A DNA stretch of 64,000 bases from Gemmatimonadales bacterium (lineage in GTDB: Bacteria; Gemmatimonadota; Gemmatimonadetes; Gemmatimonadales; GWC2-71-9). The notes below the pieces were generated by a model, which was given only the letters and a program-made list of their open reading frames with translations, ran no database searches and was not told the DNA's origin. Positions 62,156-64,000 of this stretch are shown piece after piece. Location: positions 256,001-320,000 of the forward strand of contig OZ252244.1 in NCBI GenBank assembly GCA_965249575.1, written 5' to 3'. The number at the start of each line of letters is the position of its first letter. The stretch's first letter is position 1. The position numbers were made by a program, and so were the translations under genes.

Positions 62156-64000
62156 CTACCCGTCGGCCTTCGCGTCATGCCGCTTGAGGGAGATGACTAC
62201 CCGCTTGCCGTCGATCTCCATTTCCTCCCGCAGATCCGCGCCCGGGAGGTCGCTGGTCGTATCAAACCGCCGGGCCAGCGTTTCACCGGCAATAAAGTTG
62301 TCGAAGGCCTGGGCCGCTGCCAAGACGTCCGGCGAGCCCGTCACGCTCAGGCCAATTCGAGTCGAATAATCGTATCCCGCTTCCTTCCGCAAGCGCTGTA
62401 CCCGATTCACCACTTCCCGCGCCACCCCCTCGGAGGCGAGCTGAGGAGTCACTGCGGGATCCAGAGCGACCACGTAGGGCCCGTCACTCTGCACTAGCCA
62501 ATCAGAGAGCACCTCCCGCTCGACGACAACGTCTTCGGGGCGGTACTCGAATGCCGTTCCCGCCCCAGACTCGAGGCGGACGGCGGCCCCGCTCTCGAGC
62601 CGCCGGAGATCGGCGGCCGTCAGCTCGGCCATCGCCGCGGCAGCATGGGGCGTTCGCTTCCCGTATACCTTCCCGAGGGTCCGGAAGTTCGGCTTCCCCC
62701 TGAGCCGGACCAGGTCGGCGTCGGACGAGTCGACCGTCACCTCCTTGACGTTGACCTCGGCCGCAAGCAAATCCAGCAACTCGTCGAGTGCCGGTCCCCG
62801 AACGCTCGCTGGAACGGCTGCGCGCATCCGGGCAAGCGGCTGGCGCACCCGCAGGCCCGCGGTCTCCCGAGCCGCCCGGGCGAGCGAGGCCAGCCGCCGC
62901 ACGGCGTCCATCCCGGCCGCCACCGCCTCTTCGTTCCGCCCGAGATCTACCGGAAACGGTGCCATGTGGACCGAGGTTCCGAGGAGCCGCTCATGAATCG
63001 CATCGCTGTGGAACGGCGCAGCGGGTGCGAGGAGCCGGGTGGTGGTGACGAGCGCCTCAAGCAATGTGGCGAGGGCAGCCGGATCGGCGGCGCGGTCCGG
63101 GGCCCAGAAGCGGGGTCGGTTCACGCGTACGTACCAATTTGACAAGTCGTCGTCCGCGAACTGCATGATCGCTCGCACACCGGCTGTCACGTCATAGTCC
63201 AACCACGCGCGCCGCACCTTGGCCACCAGCTCGTCCAGCCGCCCCAGCAACCAGCGGTCCACCCGCCCACGCCGTTCGAAGGGCGGCGCAGAGTCCGCGG
63301 TCCAATCGCCTGCATACAGGGCGAAGAAACCGTACGTATTTCGGAGGCGGTTCAGAAACCCCAGCGCGACGTCGGGGATCCCCGAGGGATCGAATCGTTT
63401 CGGAAGCCCGACCTGGCTGGAGGCCAGCAAGTACAGCCGCACCGCGTCCGCCCCGTAGCGCTCGATTACCGCCCACGGGTCGACGAGATTCCCAAGCCGT
63501 TTCGACATCTTGCGGCCCTCTGGATCGAGCACGAGACCGTGGACGATCACGTTCCGGTACGCACCCCGATCCATTACGGTCGCGGCAATCGCCAGGAGGG
63601 AATAAAACCACCCCCGCGTCTGGTCGAGGCCCTCACAGATGAAATCGGCTGGAAAGTGGGAGTCGAACGTGGACTCGTTCTCGAACGGGTAGTGCCATTG
63701 TGCGTAGGGCATCGCTCCCGAGTCGAACCAGGCGTCGATAACCTGCGGTACGCGCGCCATACGCTTCCCACACGCCGGTTCCGGGCAAGGGAACGTGATG
63801 TCGTCGATGTAGGGTTTGTGTGGGTCGAAGTCCTCGGGTAGCGCTCCCTGATCGCCCATCGCCTTCGCCAGCTCGGCGTAGGACCCGATCACCTGTTGGT
63901 GTCCCGGACTGCCGTCGCATCGCCAGACGGGCAAGGGCGTCCCCCAGTAGCGGTCACGGGATAGCGCCCAATCGATGTTGTTGTCGAGCCATTCCCCGAA
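62156..64000 (-). CDS. ileS: Isoleucine--tRNA ligase (type 2), C-terminal part; starts beyond window
   Basis: DWALSRDRYWGTPLP, WFDSG, EGLDQTRGWF, KMSKR; frame open to 64000. Confidence 0.97.
   Translation of the reverse strand, partial: FGEWLDNNIDWALSRDRYWGTPLPVWRCDGSPGHQQVIGSYAELAKAMGDQGALPEDFDPHKPYIDDITFPCPEPACGKRMARVPQVIDAWFDSGAMPYAQWHYPFENESTFDSHFPADFICEGLDQTRGWFYSLLAIAATVMDRGAYRNVIVHGLVLDPEGRKMSKRLGNLVDPWAVIERYGADAVRLYLLASSQVGLPKRFDPSGIPDVALGFLNRLRNTYGFFALYAGDWTADSAPPFERRGRVDRWLLGRLDELVAKVRRAWLDYDVTAGVRAIMQFADDDLSNWYVRVNRPRFWAPDRAADPAALATLLEALVTTTRLLAPAAPFHSDAIHERLLGTSVHMAPFPVDLGRNEEAVAAGMDAVRRLASLARAARETAGLRVRQPLARMRAAVPASVRGPALDELLDLLAAEVNVKEVTVDSSDADLVRLRGKPNFRTLGKVYGKRTPHAAAAMAELTAADLRRLESGAAVRLESGAGTAFEYRPEDVVVEREVLSDWLVQSDGPYVVALDPAVTPQLASEGVAREVVNRVQRLRKEAGYDYSTRIGLSVTGSPDVLAAAQAFDNFIAGETLARRFDTTSDLPGADLREEMEIDGKRVVISLKRHDAKADG

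Noticed and set aside
1..64000. CRISPR array, IS element, prophage or defence system
   Set aside because: All intergenic gaps are under ~170 bp, and no repeat-spacer pattern, transposase or phage gene was recognised.

Overview
GC-rich bacterial chromosome segment made almost entirely of core genes. Gene content and protein style suggest Gemmatimonadota, but this is inference only. Left end: a partial ArsM-like methyltransferase diverges from a SahR-type ArsR/methyltransferase regulator and ahcY. Minus-strand genes follow: DinB, TfoX, VOC, cupin, methylmalonyl-CoA mutase, fbp, a frameshifted comEC, comFB, miaB, mtaB, a beta-barrel/lipoprotein pair and alr. mazG is on the plus strand. A ~47 kb minus-strand run then reads ileS-dksA-lspA-rluD, a 17 kb signalling locus, tRNA-Val, a TPR gene, tRNA-Asp, the dcw cluster (rsmH..ftsZ, no mraZ), an M23 peptidase, hisA, a vWA protein, ftsY, recG and asnS. 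The best candidate for an undescribed system is the 43.4-60.2 kb locus. A receptor-less chemosensory set (3x cheW, cheY, cheA, cheC, cheR, cheD, cheB) encloses an MglA GTPase, three roadblock/MglB proteins, two DUF4388/PATAN-TPR proteins carrying MshEN-type c-di-GMP motifs, a large TPR scaffold and a tandem DnaA-like AAA+ protein with no DNA-binding domain. Several single-base deletions (comEC, the DnaA-like gene) may be assembly errors. No CRISPR array, IS element, prophage or rRNA was seen. All calls rest on motif recognition; no searches were run.
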